NCBI RefSeq assembly: GCF_006345805.1
Contig: NC_043000.1
Span: 116,870,001-116,934,000, forward strand
DNA: 64,000 nt
From: Octopus sinensis
Lineage: Eukaryota
Direction of reading: 5' to 3'
Shown: positions 13,614 to 28,353 of the stretch, piece after piece
Layout of the letters: every line of letters begins with the position of its first letter
Position numbering within the stretch: the stretch's first letter is position 1
Position numbers and translations under genes: made by a program
The notes under the pieces: generated by a model
Told to the model about the DNA's origin: nothing
Database searches by the model: none
Seen by the model: only the letters and a program-made list of their open reading frames with translations

Positions 13614-13615
<2 letters not shown>
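13312..13615. mobile_element. Old inverted-repeat element with degenerate hammerhead halves (same family as 54254-54352)
   Basis: About 84-bp diverged inverted arms (13312-13395 / 13532-13615) containing TGAGGGATC...CGAAAC...GTGA. Confidence 0.55.
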
Positions 13616-13688
<73 letters not shown>

Positions 13689-14055
13689 TGTGTGTGTGTC
13701 CGACTCCCATGGACAGATTTACTTCATGTTCTCTCGAATGTTTATAAAATACTCAACAAAGTTCAATTCTCGCTGGTAAGAATTTAGTCGAATGGTAGAT
13801 CGCCTGCCGTGTATTGAGGAAATATGGGTTTATATCCCTCGAACAGCCACTGACCTTACATACTCACATGGCTTGGTAGAAATATGAACCGACTCACCGC
13901 TCTATTGAGACCTGCTGTTTGTAAAGTACATGCAAGGTTCCACATGAAAGGACAGTGCTGATATGTATAATCCAGTTCGTTATGTTCTGAATTCGGGATC
14001 AAATTTGCTGTCCATTCTTTCGTGGTCTCTAAAATAATATCTCTACCTATATGTA

Positions 14056-14129
<74 letters not shown>

Positions 14130-14173
14130 CGAATATATATATCATATGCATACGTATATATATGCGTGTGTGT

Positions 14174-14550
14174 ATTCTAGTGCCGATGGTATCACCTAAC
14201 CCTTTTTAAATTAGAGAATTACTAAACTTGTACCTAAATTACAAATAATCTGTTGGACTTATGGACCTGTTTTACAATTCAAACTTCCAAAACGAACATT
14301 TAAACTTTAAAAGTTTATCAACCCATATCATAGAAAAACGTGATGAAATAAAGTTAAACTCAAATTCTAGTGCCGATGGTATCACCTAAGCCTTTTTTAT
14401 TCGAGAATTTCGAAATTTGCACCTAAATTACAAATAATATGTTTGACTTACGGACTTGTTTTACAATTCAAACTTCCAAAACGAACATTTAAATTTTTAA
14501 ATGTTTATCAATCCATATGACAGAAAAACGCGATATGGTATTGCTATGAA
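14174..14550. repeat. 190-bp tandem duplication, diverged
   Basis: attctagtgccgatggtatcacc starts at both 14174 and 14364. Confidence 0.9.
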
Positions 14551-15325
14551 TAGCATCTTTCAAATTGTACCTCAATATTTCTAATAAATTGCAACGAAAA
14601 ATTAATATTTGCCTATCAGACTTCTGCAATATCGACCCGTTTATGAAAATACATATATATTTAATAGATTTCTTCTTAACGTTTGTCCAAAAAGTATCTT
14701 CTCGTAATGTAATCCCTGAAGCTGACAAATGAAAAATGAAACGTTATACAACTTTAACATGGATCTCTATAGGAATATTAACTGCATTAATCAAGCGTGC
14801 AGTATTTCTTTTTAAAATGTTTGGTTTTGTTACTCGTCCAGAACTCAACTATCATGTTCAGCAAACTTATGACCAAAGATATTTTAACTACGACAAAAAT
14901 GTTTTTTTAATTTTATTTTCTCTTCTAGAAACACTTCTGGGAGTACGTTTTCATATCCTGCCTTTCTTTCTAAAACGTTCGAAGGCTATTGAAAAAATAA
15001 TCGGCTGCTATTTTTTAGATCATATTTGTGACAGGTTCTTTCAAGCGGTTTATGCAGACATGTGAAATTTAAATATAATGTGTATAGAGATAATGCTGCA
15101 AATAACCAACCGGAGATATTATGAACCTCAACCTTCGGAAAATTAAATACCTTCATTGGAAAATGATATTATCTCTATGGTATTTTTTTTCTAAAACAAT
15201 TCACAGAAGAGAAGCATCATTACAAATCTTGTAAAGCATCTGCTCAATGAAAACCTTTCATTGCATCAATTGGCAGTGGATTAGATACGAAACATTCCCA
15301 CGCAATCCATTCTCTATAATCTCTT

Positions 15326-15513
15326 TTACTCTTTTATTTGTTTCAGTCTTTTGACTGTGGCCATGCTGGAGCACCGCCTTAGTCGAACAAATTGATTCCA
15401 GGACTTATTCTTTGGAAGCCTAGTACTTATTCTATCGGTCTCGTTTGCCGAACCGCTAAACATACCTGTGTCGGTTGTCAAACGATGTGGGGGTGGGGCA
15501 CAGGCACACAAAC

Positions 15514-15544
<31 letters not shown>

Positions 15545-15688
15545 CATATATACGACGGGCTCCTTTCAGTTTCCGGGCATTGGTCGGCCCGAGGGTATAG
15601 TAGAAGACACTTGCTCAAGGTTCCACGCAGTGGGACTGAACCCGAAACTATGTGGTTGGTAAGCAAGCTACTTACCACACAGCCACTC
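15326..15688 (-). mobile_element. SINE family B
   Basis: Head, CORE-like block, microsatellite linker and tail as in the other copies. Confidence 0.9.
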
Positions 15689-16273
15689 TAGATATTTTAT
15701 ACATTATTTACCATTTGATGAACTAATTTCAAATGCAATTTGTTTTTACTCGTCCTTAGCAACCTCCCTACGAAAGAAAAATAGAATTCTGTAAAAAATA
15801 CACAAATTACTCTAGATTACGATTTTCATGACATTGTTTAAGAGTTTAGTTCAATACCATAATCTCCATCGTCCCAGAATCCGATTAATTATATCTTTAT
15901 GAAGACCAGAATTAACTAGATGTATGATATTAAATGTATCTATACTCATTTATCATGAGGGTTTGGTTCCAAATTAGCATCGTGATAAAGGAAGCAGTGA
16001 TAAATGAACGAATCATTCTACGCTCTTTGCAAATGGAATGCTTGGTTGATTTCTTGACACCAATCTCGCAACACAGAACATCAAATCTTCCACCGTCCTA
16101 CATTTTCTTGATCATTTCTGCCTTTCTTCGTAGAGTACATTCGTTTGAATAGCTTGTTCGGAACAGATGCCTTCGTATTCTTCTGTTTATTGAGAACATG
16201 GCGATAAACACGAATACAAAAGTAGATAGCCAGGTTTCACAGTCATATAAATACAAGCGGAGTGGTCGTCGGG

Positions 16274-16605
16274 AAGGTGCATGGCTCAGTGGTTAGGAGT
16301 GTCGAGCTTACGATCGTGAGGTTGTGATTTTGAATCCGGGACCGGGCTGCGTGTTGTGTTCTTGAGCAAGACACTTTATTTAACGTTGCTCCAGTTGACT
16401 CAGCTGTAGAAATGAGTTGCGACGTCATTGGTGTCAAGCTGTATCGGCCGTTGGCTTTCCCTTGGATAACACTGGTGGCGTGGAGAGGGGAGGCCGGTAT
16501 GCATGGGCGACTGCTGGTCTTCCATAAACAATCTTACCCTGATTGTGCCTGAGAGGGTAGCTTTCTAGGTGCAATCCCACGGTCATTCCTGACCGAAGGG
16601 GGTCC
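16274..16605 (+). mobile_element. tRNA-derived CORE-like SINE, family C
   Basis: TGGCTCAGTGG A box, TTGAATCC B-box remnant, TTGAGCAAGACACTT core; second copy at 56498-56820. Confidence 0.88.
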
Positions 16606-16698
16606 CAGTGGTCATCGGGACAAGATTTTCCGACACAAGCAGAATCTTCGGGTAATCGCCAAACTCGTGTTATATATGTGTGTGGCAGGTTTGCTAGA

Positions 16699-17022
16699 CT
16701 TCCGAGACCCTGCGGCGCAAGTTGACCAAAATTGACAGTATGATAGAAGAAGGCTTGCTTTTCATTCCGTAGAAGAAAAAATTCAAATCGGACCATGTTA
16801 ATACCAAAAATTATTTACATCAAAAAGGTGCTTTTTTTCTATGAAAATCCCTGTTTTTTACGATTTTTTGACTGCTGTGTCACCATTTTTCGGTGTATTT
16901 CAAACAGAAAAATGTTCACTTAAAGAGAATAACAAGCTACATAATGCAATTTTTTTACTTTTTAAAAATTCCAATTCTAAAGGGTCGAAACAAACCCGAG
17001 CAACGCCGGGAGATACTGCTAG
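16699..17022 (+). mobile_element. Non-autonomous Helitron-like element, 3' part
   Basis: Ends CCCGAGCAACGCCGGG (hairpin)...CTAG|T; homologous to 47915-48376 on the minus strand. Confidence 0.8.
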
Positions 17023-18299
17023 TCACAGATAAATCCGTAATAATCATAATATGATTCACACTGCAGCATACGGTGTTATCCCAGTTCAGTGATAAATTAG
17101 GATGCAAGTAATGTGATGCAGTTAAAGCCATCCAAATGAATTTGTTCATTGGTACGATTTTCATGATATTGTTTAAGAGTTTAGTTCAATGCCATAATCT
17201 TCGTCGGCCCAGAATCCGATTAATTATTGCTTTATGAATCATATAAAGACCAGAATTAACTAGATGTATGATACTAAATATATATATAATCATTTACCAT
17301 GAGGGTTTGGTTTCAAATAAGCATCGTGATAAAGGAAGCAGTGATAAATGAACGAATCCAGTCCACGCTCTGTCTATTTGTAAATATGTGTTGGCTGAAT
17401 TTTAGTCTCTGGAGAATTGTAAATTAAAGTTGATTAATATAACCGAAGATGGACATAACTAGTATAGGACATTTATTCTAAGATTTCATCCGCCATTTCC
17501 GCAACCGTTTCTGCTAAGCTAGCATAGCAGACAAGCTAACAAATACAAATACCACTAGAAGCAAAATATAGAGAATTTAGTTTGTGCTCTTGATAAGGAT
17601 CAAAGCACAAACTAAGTGATATTTTATCGACCAGTTTGCTCAGTAAGTAAAGCAAATTCTAAGAGTACAACAAAGGTTAACAGATTTAATCTAAATTCAG
17701 TCTATATGTTAGAAGTTTCTATGTTTGTAAAGAAAAAAAAAATATGGGAGAAAATTGTGATATAATACACCATAGCAACGATCTTATGAACCTTCCGGCT
17801 TTATTTTTGTATTTGAGAATCAGTATGATAACATGTGTATGTGTGTGTGTGTGTGTGTTTATGTGAGACTCTTAATATGTGTGCGCGTTCGGATACACAA
17901 CTCTGTGTGAAAGTGTATGTGTGTGTGTGGGTGTATGTGTTGTGTGTGTGTGTGTGTTGACTTTGTGTGCGGCGTGTCTGCCTCTAAGTGTTGGTGTGTG
18001 CGTTTCTGATGGATGAGAAAGGTTTTTCGAAAACATTTACTTTTAACTTGCGTCGGTATAATTTGTAATGCTTGAAGCAAAAGTATATACTTCACCACAC
18101 TCAACCACCACCACCACACGCGCACACACACTGACTCATTCACTCACACACATCCACTGAGACGCACACATAAACAATACCACACACAAGCATACACACA
18201 CACACATACATTTATACATTCACATTCAAATATTTACGAGAGTATGAGTGGTTGGGTAAGTAATTCAGTGAAATATACTTTAGCTTCAAATGTACACAT

Positions 18300-19710
<1,411 letters not shown>

Positions 19711-20212
19711 TATGTTTATAGTTACCTGTGTATCTGTTTGTGCGTATGTGTGCATACATATATATGAATTTTCTCTTCTCTAATAGGTAAATTACTGACA
19801 GTACATTCTTAGATTCCGAATGAATGGCACCAGCAGACCCAGCGGAATGTTTGGCTGCTTAGCTGCCTCTTTGTTGTTAGAACCATTCTCAGTTTTGAGA
19901 AATAAACACATAAAAAAAAAACAACGTTGATAATAGAACTTATACTGAAAGTCTGCAAAACCTGATCAGATACAGTGTTTTTTTTCTTGCTACTTTCACT
20001 TTCTCTTTATGGCATAGTTTGTGTAATTGTACTGTCTGTATTAAATACATTGAGTGAAACGAAGGAATAACTATTATGTGAGACACGAAAGCGTAAGCAT
20101 TGCTTAACATTGATGTAATTTTGAGATTTACGAATTAATGACTTTGTTATTCTTGTTTTTGATTATGCAATGTTATGTAATGGTTGCTTTTATTTGATAG
20201 TTTGCTTTCGTC

Positions 20213-20416
20213 AGTTTGTTGCTCTGGTTGAGTTCGAGATTGTTTTCTTTCAAACGTATTTACTCGCAGGGAGAACGACTTTCAGATTTGCTGGCGCGGC
20301 CAGATTTGTGAGATCAAAGCAATTAGTGATTAGTGTAAACTTCCATAGGCTAATATCTACAGTACCACAGAAGCAGGGAGGGAACAGAGTACCAGAGGAA
20401 TATAAAACTCTTGAAG
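20213..20416 (+). other. Candidate host exon (possibly a first/5' UTR exon)
   Basis: Non-repetitive sequence. Inr-like TCAGTT at 20211-20216, possible acceptors at 20269 and 20362, and a strong donor GAAG|GTAAGA at 20416. The frame RTTFRF...EEYKTLE is open but not recognised. Confidence 0.3.
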
Positions 20417-20800
20417 GTAAGAGTGATCAGCAAATTTAATGTTTTTTTCTTGAGCATGAATATAGATGACGCCAGAAGAAGCGTAGAGTGGGTTCATTTA
20501 CTACGCGTATCTAGTCCAAGATAATAACGTTAGTTATAGTAGCAATAGATAGGGTAGATATTAAAAACAAAACGGACTGTTTGAAATCAAGTAACTGTAG
20601 AAATTTGTATAGGGTTTATATGTAGCCTGCGGTAACTGATTTTTGATGCGATCTAGGATCTCTCCCCCTTCTGACTCTCTGTTTCTGTCTGTCTGTCTCA
20701 TTCTTATGGGTCCTTGTAACAACACCGTCGTATAAATATTCGTGTAACTGTATCGTGTAAATCTCATTTAGACTGTAATGAATATCATATATATATATAT

Positions 20801-21027
20801 ATCTTTACTACCCACAAGGGGCTAAACACAGAGGGGACAAACAAGGACAGACGAACAGATTAAGTCGATTACATCGACCCCAGTCCGCAACTGGTACTTA
20901 ATTTATCGACCCCGAAAGGATGAAAGGCAAAGTCGACCTCGGCGGAATTTGAACTCAGAACGTAACGGCAGACGAAATACGGCTACGCATTTCGCCCGGC
21001 GTGCTAACGTTTCTGCCAGCTCGCCGC
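20801..21027 (-). mobile_element. SINE family A, full length
   Basis: End-to-end match. Confidence 0.95.
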
Positions 21028-21040
21028 TTAAAGTAAAGAA

Positions 21041-21188
<148 letters not shown>

Positions 21189-21299
21189 GTGTGTGTGCGC
21201 GTGTGCGTGGTGTGTGTGTTCCTAAGTTCCCATCTTGTTCACCTCGAATGAGGACCCAGTACTGTTACTGATGTCGGAGTTTTTCACCGAAAGCTTTTA

Positions 21300-21580
21300 G
21301 CTCCTACTTGGGGATAATCAGTTTGCAAATGAGTGTCCTCTTTTTGGTGTCTCCAAACATCATTTCTATCTCCCTCTTTACTTTCTGTTGGTGGGACGAA
21401 TACTGATTTGCTTGTTTACAGGCAATAAGCATTATTACATGACTGATGGTCTTCCGCAAACCATTTGTCTTTTTCTCTGTCTTCAAAACCCATGATGGTA
21501 CTTTCATTGTTATTTCGGATTTGGTTACTTTTTGAATATCATTCATGTACTGCTTTACAGTTGTAGCCAGAGCACATATG

Positions 21581-21616
<36 letters not shown>

Positions 21617-22530
21617 TGTATGTATGTATGTATGTATGTATGTATGTATGTATGTATGCATGCATGCATGCATGTATGTATGTATGCATGCATGTATGTA
21701 TGTATGTATGCATGCATGTATGTATGTATGTATGTATGTATGTATGTATGTATGTATGTGTGTGTGTATGTATGTATGTATATATGTATGTATGTATGTA
21801 TACATGCATGCATGCATGTATGTATATGTGCAGATTTGTATGTTTTATGCATGAATTCTCATGCATATAGTTAGATATTTAGACATGCTCATATATATTT
21901 AAATGATAAACTTCTGGAAAGTTTTGCAGACTTTTACACTTTCAGTGATAGATTTGATCTGTAGACTTCGAATTAGCTTTCTCCTTTCTTGTTTTGAGAA
22001 ACTGCTGATTTTTCAATAGTTCAGCATAAATGTTCTCTTTTTCACTGATCTTAAGCTTTATGCTAACATCCGCTGGGCAGCTAATTTCCACAACTCTGTA
22101 CAGTTTCTCTTCTCGATCCCATTATATTAGATCTGTTGTGCTTACATTTTATTGAGATTTTCACTGGGACATTCCACCAGTACTCCTTTTTATTCTTGGC
22201 TATGATTCTACCATACTGTGGATTCTGATTTCTTTCTCCTCGGCCATTATGGGCCGTTGATTTATTGAATGCAGAGAGCGTTGAGGTCCAAATTTCCTAA
22301 TTCAGCTGTAATATTCTTCAGTGACACGTCATTTGTTAAAGATGCCGTTGTAGCATATGCTTTCATCCTACCCTGGATACATATAAAATTCTTCATCAGA
22401 TATAGGGGAAACAGTCAAATCATTGATGGAGATGTTGCTAGTTTTCCTCCTTTTCACAAACATATAACAACATTTATATTGATCAAACTCCCAACTTACA
22501 TCATTTGAGAATGTTTTAACTAAGTCAAGG
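21300..22530 (-). mobile_element. R4/Dong-like retrotransposon fragments (RT, RLE, 3' UTR, (TACA)n tail, then an ORF N-terminal piece)
   Basis: Minus strand: LDLVKTFSND, FYMYPG*DESI, EYWWNVP, CTVVEISCPADV. The 3' UTR is homologous to 4200-4380. Confidence 0.75.
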
Positions 22531-23145
22531 CTCTTCTTTATCTCGTGCATGTAAACATGTATGAATGTTTGTATGTATGTATGTGTGCATGCATGTACGT
22601 ATGCATGTATGTACGTATGTATAGTGTCAACACCAGAACTCATGAAGGATAGCATTTTTACACATTTTGAGGGTTTCAGTTTTGTGCTGTTTTCTTGCTA
22701 CGTTACGATTGTTTAATGGCTGCCGTTTTGTTCTTGAAAGAACAATAGATTCGATTGTATCGATTCCATCATGTATTTGATGTCTTACCTAACTTGAAAA
22801 AATAAAAACGAAACACGGCAAAGCTGGTGACGATTTTCATTTCTTCACTTCCCTGAAGAGAAGATTGCATTGCTTTACACCATTTATTCTTTTGAATATT
22901 ATCAATGAAATCTTAGAAACATGTGTCGGAAGTAAAGTATTTGAATTATACCTCCGTTAAACTCCATTTATTTATTTATATATTATACAAAAATTACACA
23001 TAAACCCGAAGTTTCTACCTTTAAAAACAAGGTGTTACAACCTCTTTACTTGTGTGATTTTTTGCTACCCTGGTAACTGTTTATCTATTTTTTCCGTGTT
23101 AATTTTTACAAGGGGAAAACACACTTTTATATTATATATAAAATA

Positions 23146-23206
<61 letters not shown>

Positions 23207-23729
23207 TAACTATTATTGATTTTTAAAATTATATAGAGACAAATGTGTTTTGGGGGTTATGACAAAATTTATTACATACTGTATCAACCGCTTGCATAGA
23301 TTAATTCGGATTTTAAACACACATGATAATGATTAAATTGTAAAATATTTATACCAAATCCTTACTTAAGGCCTAACGATAAGAATAATGCTTTCTCTTC
23401 GGGATAAAGTCAATGTTTATTTGAGATCGATGTGAAGAAAGGGGATTATTTACTCAATATATATATTTATTTAGAATATAAATGTTATGGTTTATCGTAG
23501 AATGTACTTTGGAAAAGAATTATTGAATTCAGTTCTGTAATTCAGTCAAAAACCTATTTATTTTACAGTGTTGCTGTTATTTACAACAGGAAGAATCGGG
23601 CAAAGTTTAATGCTTGTAAAGGTATACGAATCCCTGAAAATTGAATTACCATTCATTATACAATCACCTTGGCCAACCGCCTCTCTCGTATTTTGTTTAA
23701 GGAAAATAGAATTAGAGATTGATTTCAAA

Positions 23730-24370
23730 CTTTAGCACAAGGCTAACAATTTCAGGGGAAGGAGTAGATTGATTACATCGAGTTTAGCGTTCAACTGTTA
23801 CTTATTTTATTGACCCCGAAAGGATGATAGGCTATGTCGATCTTGTCGGAATTTGATCTCAGAACGTAAAGACGGGCGAAATGCCGTTAAGAATTTTGCC
23901 TGGCGTGCTAATGATTCTTATTTCTTTACTGCCCACAAGGGGCTTAACATAGAGGGGATAAACAAGGACAGACAAAGGGATTAAGTCAATTAGATCGACC
24001 CCCCCCCCAGTGCGTAACTGGTACTTAATTTATCGACCCCGAAAGGATGAGAGGAAAAGTCGACCTCGGCGGAATTTGAACTCAGAACGTAGCGACAGAC
24101 GAAATACTGCAAAGCATTTCGCCCGGCGTGCTAACGTTTCTGCCAGCTCACCACCTTTCTTGAATGTTATAAATATTGATTTCAAGTTATGGCACGAGGC
24201 CAGTAATTTCTGGTGTCGACTGTATCGCCATCTCCTCCCCGTGCTCAACTGGTACTTTTTTTATCGACCTCTATGAGATAAAAAACACTAAGTTGATCAC
24301 GCTGGATTTGAACTCAGAACGTAAAGACAAGTATTTGGTCCGACGTACTAAAGATTCTGCTAGCTCACCA
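23730..24370 (-). mobile_element. Tandem run of three family A/A' SINEs of different ages
   Basis: Degenerate A' (23730-23917), near-intact A (23919-24155), degenerate copy (24170-24370). Confidence 0.85.
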
Positions 24371-25265
24371 TCTTAAAGTAATTAAATTTTAGGTGAAAAT
24401 ACATTTCCGCTGAGAACTGAATTTACTTAAAATATAAAATTAGATAAAATTTAATTCAGTCGTAAATGAATATATATGAATGAATGAATGAATAAATAAA
24501 TAAATATATAATTAAATCAATAACTTTCGCAAAAAAACAATCTGGAAAGAGAGAGTCATCACAGATAGAATTATGAAATGTAGCTGGAAATAAAATTTAG
24601 CCGGGAGTAAAAGAAGTTGGTTAAAATTTAATTTATTTCAGATTTGTAAATGCAATATCAGATTTAATGGAAATTTTGATATCTATTTCCTGTTCACATA
24701 CTTTCATTTCGACCCATCATTAAAACATCAACTCGGCTCTTTTTGCTCAGGCAAATATAAAACAAAAAGACAATGTTGGCTTGTTTTCTACACTGTATTA
24801 CAGATATTGATTTCATGGATTCCGGAAGGATGATCCAGGCAAGATTAGAACACTGAACTGGGAATGATGAAACTTTTAACAATATTTAAGTTATCTTAAG
24901 TCCTGACAACTTATGTTTTGTTAATTCGCTCACGTTTTTCAGAAATCACCAAAAGAGATTTCGGTGATGGTATAACATTCATGTCCTTCACTGGGGTCGA
25001 TATAATCGACTTAATCCGTTTGTCTGTCCTTGTTTGTCCCCTCTGTGTGTAGCCCCTTGTGGGCTGTAAAGAAAGAAATAACATTCGTGTCTTTCACGAG
25101 GTAGAGTTCCCATTGGCGAATTCACACTGCAGGACGTTGTCTGACGATTCCAAATAATATAAAATAGGTAGTTTCTACCATGATGAGCCACTTCGCCACT
25201 TCGCCACTTCGCCACAAAAAGATTGATCTTTGTGGTGGATTCTATGCTAGATACACTGCATTCTA

Positions 25266-25650
25266 TTGGGTTGTCCGGAAAGTTCGTGCCAATTTATAGT
25301 AGCTCACTTTTCGACTCATTTTAGAACATGGTTGAGTCCATAAAATAGGATTTGACTACACCTCCATTTAGAGCACAGTTTAAGCTATCTTTTCGTGGAA
25401 GAAGGTTTATGTTCCTATAATCTATGTTAATTCTGTAACCCTTTAAAATGAAAGATAAGAAAGTTCATTTTCGGCACTTGATGCTTTGGGAACCAGACAA
25501 AAATTGCTGCAGCTCGACTGGGATGTGTTACCCCACCCTCTATATTCACCAGATATTGCTCCTTCGGATGTCCACTTATTCAGGTCTCTGCAGAATTGTC
25601 TTAGTGGTAAAAATTTCAATTCCTTGGATGACATAAAAAGATAGCTTGAT
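25266..25650 (+). mobile_element. Mariner deletion derivative; right TIR not seen
   Basis: TA|TTGGGTTGTCCGGAAAGTTC TIR; MKDKKVHFRHLML is joined to LDWDVLPHPLYSPDIAPSDVHLFRSLQN (mariner YSPDLAP motif). Confidence 0.9.
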
Positions 25651-26640
25651 GACTTCTTTGTGTGTGTATGTATGTATGTGTGTATGTTACTGTGCGTGTT
25701 TGTTTGTGTGTACATGTTTTCATGTGTGCGTGTGTGTATGTTTGTGTGTGTGCTTGGGTGTGCGTGTGTGGATGTTTGTGTGTATGTGTGCTTGTGTTTG
25801 TGTGTGTATGCATGTGTGTGTGTATGTGTGTTTGTGTGTGCTTTTGTGTGTGTGTTATTTGTGCGTGTGCGTTTGTATGTGTGTATTTTTGTATGTGCGT
25901 ATGTGTGTATTTACGTGCCTGTGCGCATGCGTGTGTGATTGTTCTCAGTGTGCGCGCGCGCGTGTGTTTGTGTGTGAATATTTGATACCTGTTAACGGAC
26001 AAACACTCATAGATAACCTGTAATCTCAGTTAACCAGTTTTCATTAATATGTAAACTCGACTTCCACTGAATAATTGTCAAAATATTTTTTGTTATATAT
26101 TTCTTTTTACATAAAATCTCCCCGGTGACCTATAATTTTACTCGAACAGTTCCGAGTTGCGCCCAAACTCAACCGTCTATTGGAAATGCAAATCAAAATA
26201 TCAATTTTATCTACATTATTAAACCAGTGACCAATTTATATTTTAATTTTCTCAACCACGCAATTCTAATTTTATCAAGCCAGACTAGTCATATTTTTCC
26301 CTTTTTATCCTCATTATAACGACTTTTAATTTCGATTATTGGTGATTATATTTGCAAATGAAATTTGTTATTCAAATTTTTAAAGAATTTTTCTGGTCCA
26401 AAGCAGATAAGAATAGTTCATTCTATAGACAGCAATTATCTGATTGATCTATTCCTACCTATTCCTCCAATATCATGTATTTAGCCCCTCCAGTTTACTT
26501 ATTTCTTTATTACCAAAAAGAGGCTAAACACAGAGAAGACAAACAAGGACAGACACACGGATTAAGTCGATTACATCGACCTCAGTGCGTAACTGGTACT
26601 TAATTTATCGACCCCGAAAGGATGAAAGGCAAAGTCGACC

Positions 26641-28263
26641 TGTATTATCGTTTTATCTCTCTATATAGCACTTTAGCTGATATCAATAGGAAATACCGAA
26701 GAGAGGTAACTCTGGGCAGACTTAAAGCCGTAGCTTTAACTAAAACACAGTCAACAATATTGACTGAGTTGCACCATTAGACTGCCAGAAATTCAACAGT
26801 ATCAGAGCCAAACACTGGTTTGCCTTTAGACGATGAACTATGTCCCAAACATATTTTATATGATCTAAAGGTCACTCATGCCTAAACACTGTTATTGTGA
26901 ATATTATCCACTTAGTGCCGTGGGTGATTGTTAATATTGGTTTCAGATTTTAGCACAAGGCCAGCAATTTCGGAAGACGAATTAAATAGATTACATCGAC
27001 TCAAGTGTTCAACTATTACTTATTTTAACAATCTCGAGAGATTAAAAGGCTAAGTCGATTTCGGTGGTATTTCAAAACACTCTGTATTACCGTTTCATCT
27101 CTCTCTTTAGCACTTTAGCCGCTATCAATGGGAAATATCGAAGAGAGGTAACTCTGGGCAGATTTCAAAGGCTAAGTCGATCTCGTCGGTATTTGAACTC
27201 AGAACACGAAGTCGGATGAAATGCTGCTAAGCATTTTTTTGCTCGGTGCGGACATGTTTCTACCCAGATAATACTAAGATAAATAGAGAGACTGCGGCCG
27301 TGATATAGCACCTATTTCTATTATTGCCCACAAGGAGTTACACACTGAGAGGACAAACAAGGACAGACAAACGGATTAAGTCGATTACATCGACTCCAGT
27401 GCGTAACTGGTACTTATTTAATCGACCCCGAAAGGATGAAGGCAAAGTCGACCTGTATTATCGTTTTATCTCTCTATATAGCACTTTAGCTGATATCAAT
27501 AGGAAATACCGAAGAGAGGTAACTCTGGGCAGACTTAAAGCCGTAGCTTTAAAACACAGTCAACAATATTGACTGAGTTGCACCATTAGACTGCCAGAAA
27601 TTCAACAGTATCAGAGCCAAACACTGGTTTGCCTTTAGACGATGAACTATGTCCCAAACATATTTTATATGATCTAAAGGTCACTCATGCCTAAACACTG
27701 TTATTGTGAATATTATCCACTTAGTGCCGTGGGTGATTGTTAATATTGGTTTCAGATTTTAGCACAAGGCCAGCAATTTCGGAAGACGAATTAAATAGAT
27801 TACATCGACTCAAGTGTTCAACTATTACTTATTTTAACAATCTCGAGAGATTAAAAGGCTAAGTCGATTTCGGTGGTATTTCAAAACACTCTGTATTACC
27901 GTTTCATCTCTCTCTTTAGCACTTTAGCCGCTATCAATGGGAAATATCGAAGAGAGGTAACTCTGGGCAGATTTCAAAGGCTAAGTCGATCTCGTCGGTA
28001 TTTGAACTCAGAACACGAAGTCGGATGAAATGCTGCTAAGCATTTTTTTGCTCGGTGCGGACATGTTTCTACCCAGTTAATACTAAGATAAATAGAGAGA
28101 CTGCGGCCGTGATATAGCACCTATTTCTATTACTGCCCACAAGGAGCTACACACTGAGAGGACAAACAAGGACAGACAAACGGATTAAGTCGATTACATC
28201 GACTCCAGTGCGTAACTGGTACTTATTTAATCGACCCCGAAAGGATGAAAGGCAAAGTCGACC
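26641..28263. repeat. Recent tandem duplication, unit ~813 bp (26641-27453, 27454-28263)
   Basis: The copies differ at only about five positions by eye; breakpoints fall at GTCGACCT inside family-A SINEs. Confidence 0.95.
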
Positions 28264-28353
28264 TCGGTGGAATTTGATCTCAGAACGTAGCGGCAGACGA
28301 AATACCGCTAAGCATTTCGTCCAGCGTGCTAACGATTCTGCCAGCTCGCCACC
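28122..28353 (-). mobile_element. SINE family A, full length
   Basis: End-to-end match; its tail is part of the duplicated unit. Confidence 0.92.

Larger units (their letters stand above)
15818..17371. repeat. Dispersed ~210-bp direct duplication (15818-16026 and 17153-17371)
   Basis: Shared tacgattttcatga...gataaaggaagcagtgataaatgaacgaatc...acgctct with scattered substitutions. Confidence 0.9.

Noticed and set aside
26641-28263. Repeat-spacer or CRISPR-like array
   Set aside because: Eukaryotic context; two large near-identical units and no regular repeat-spacer pattern or cas genes.
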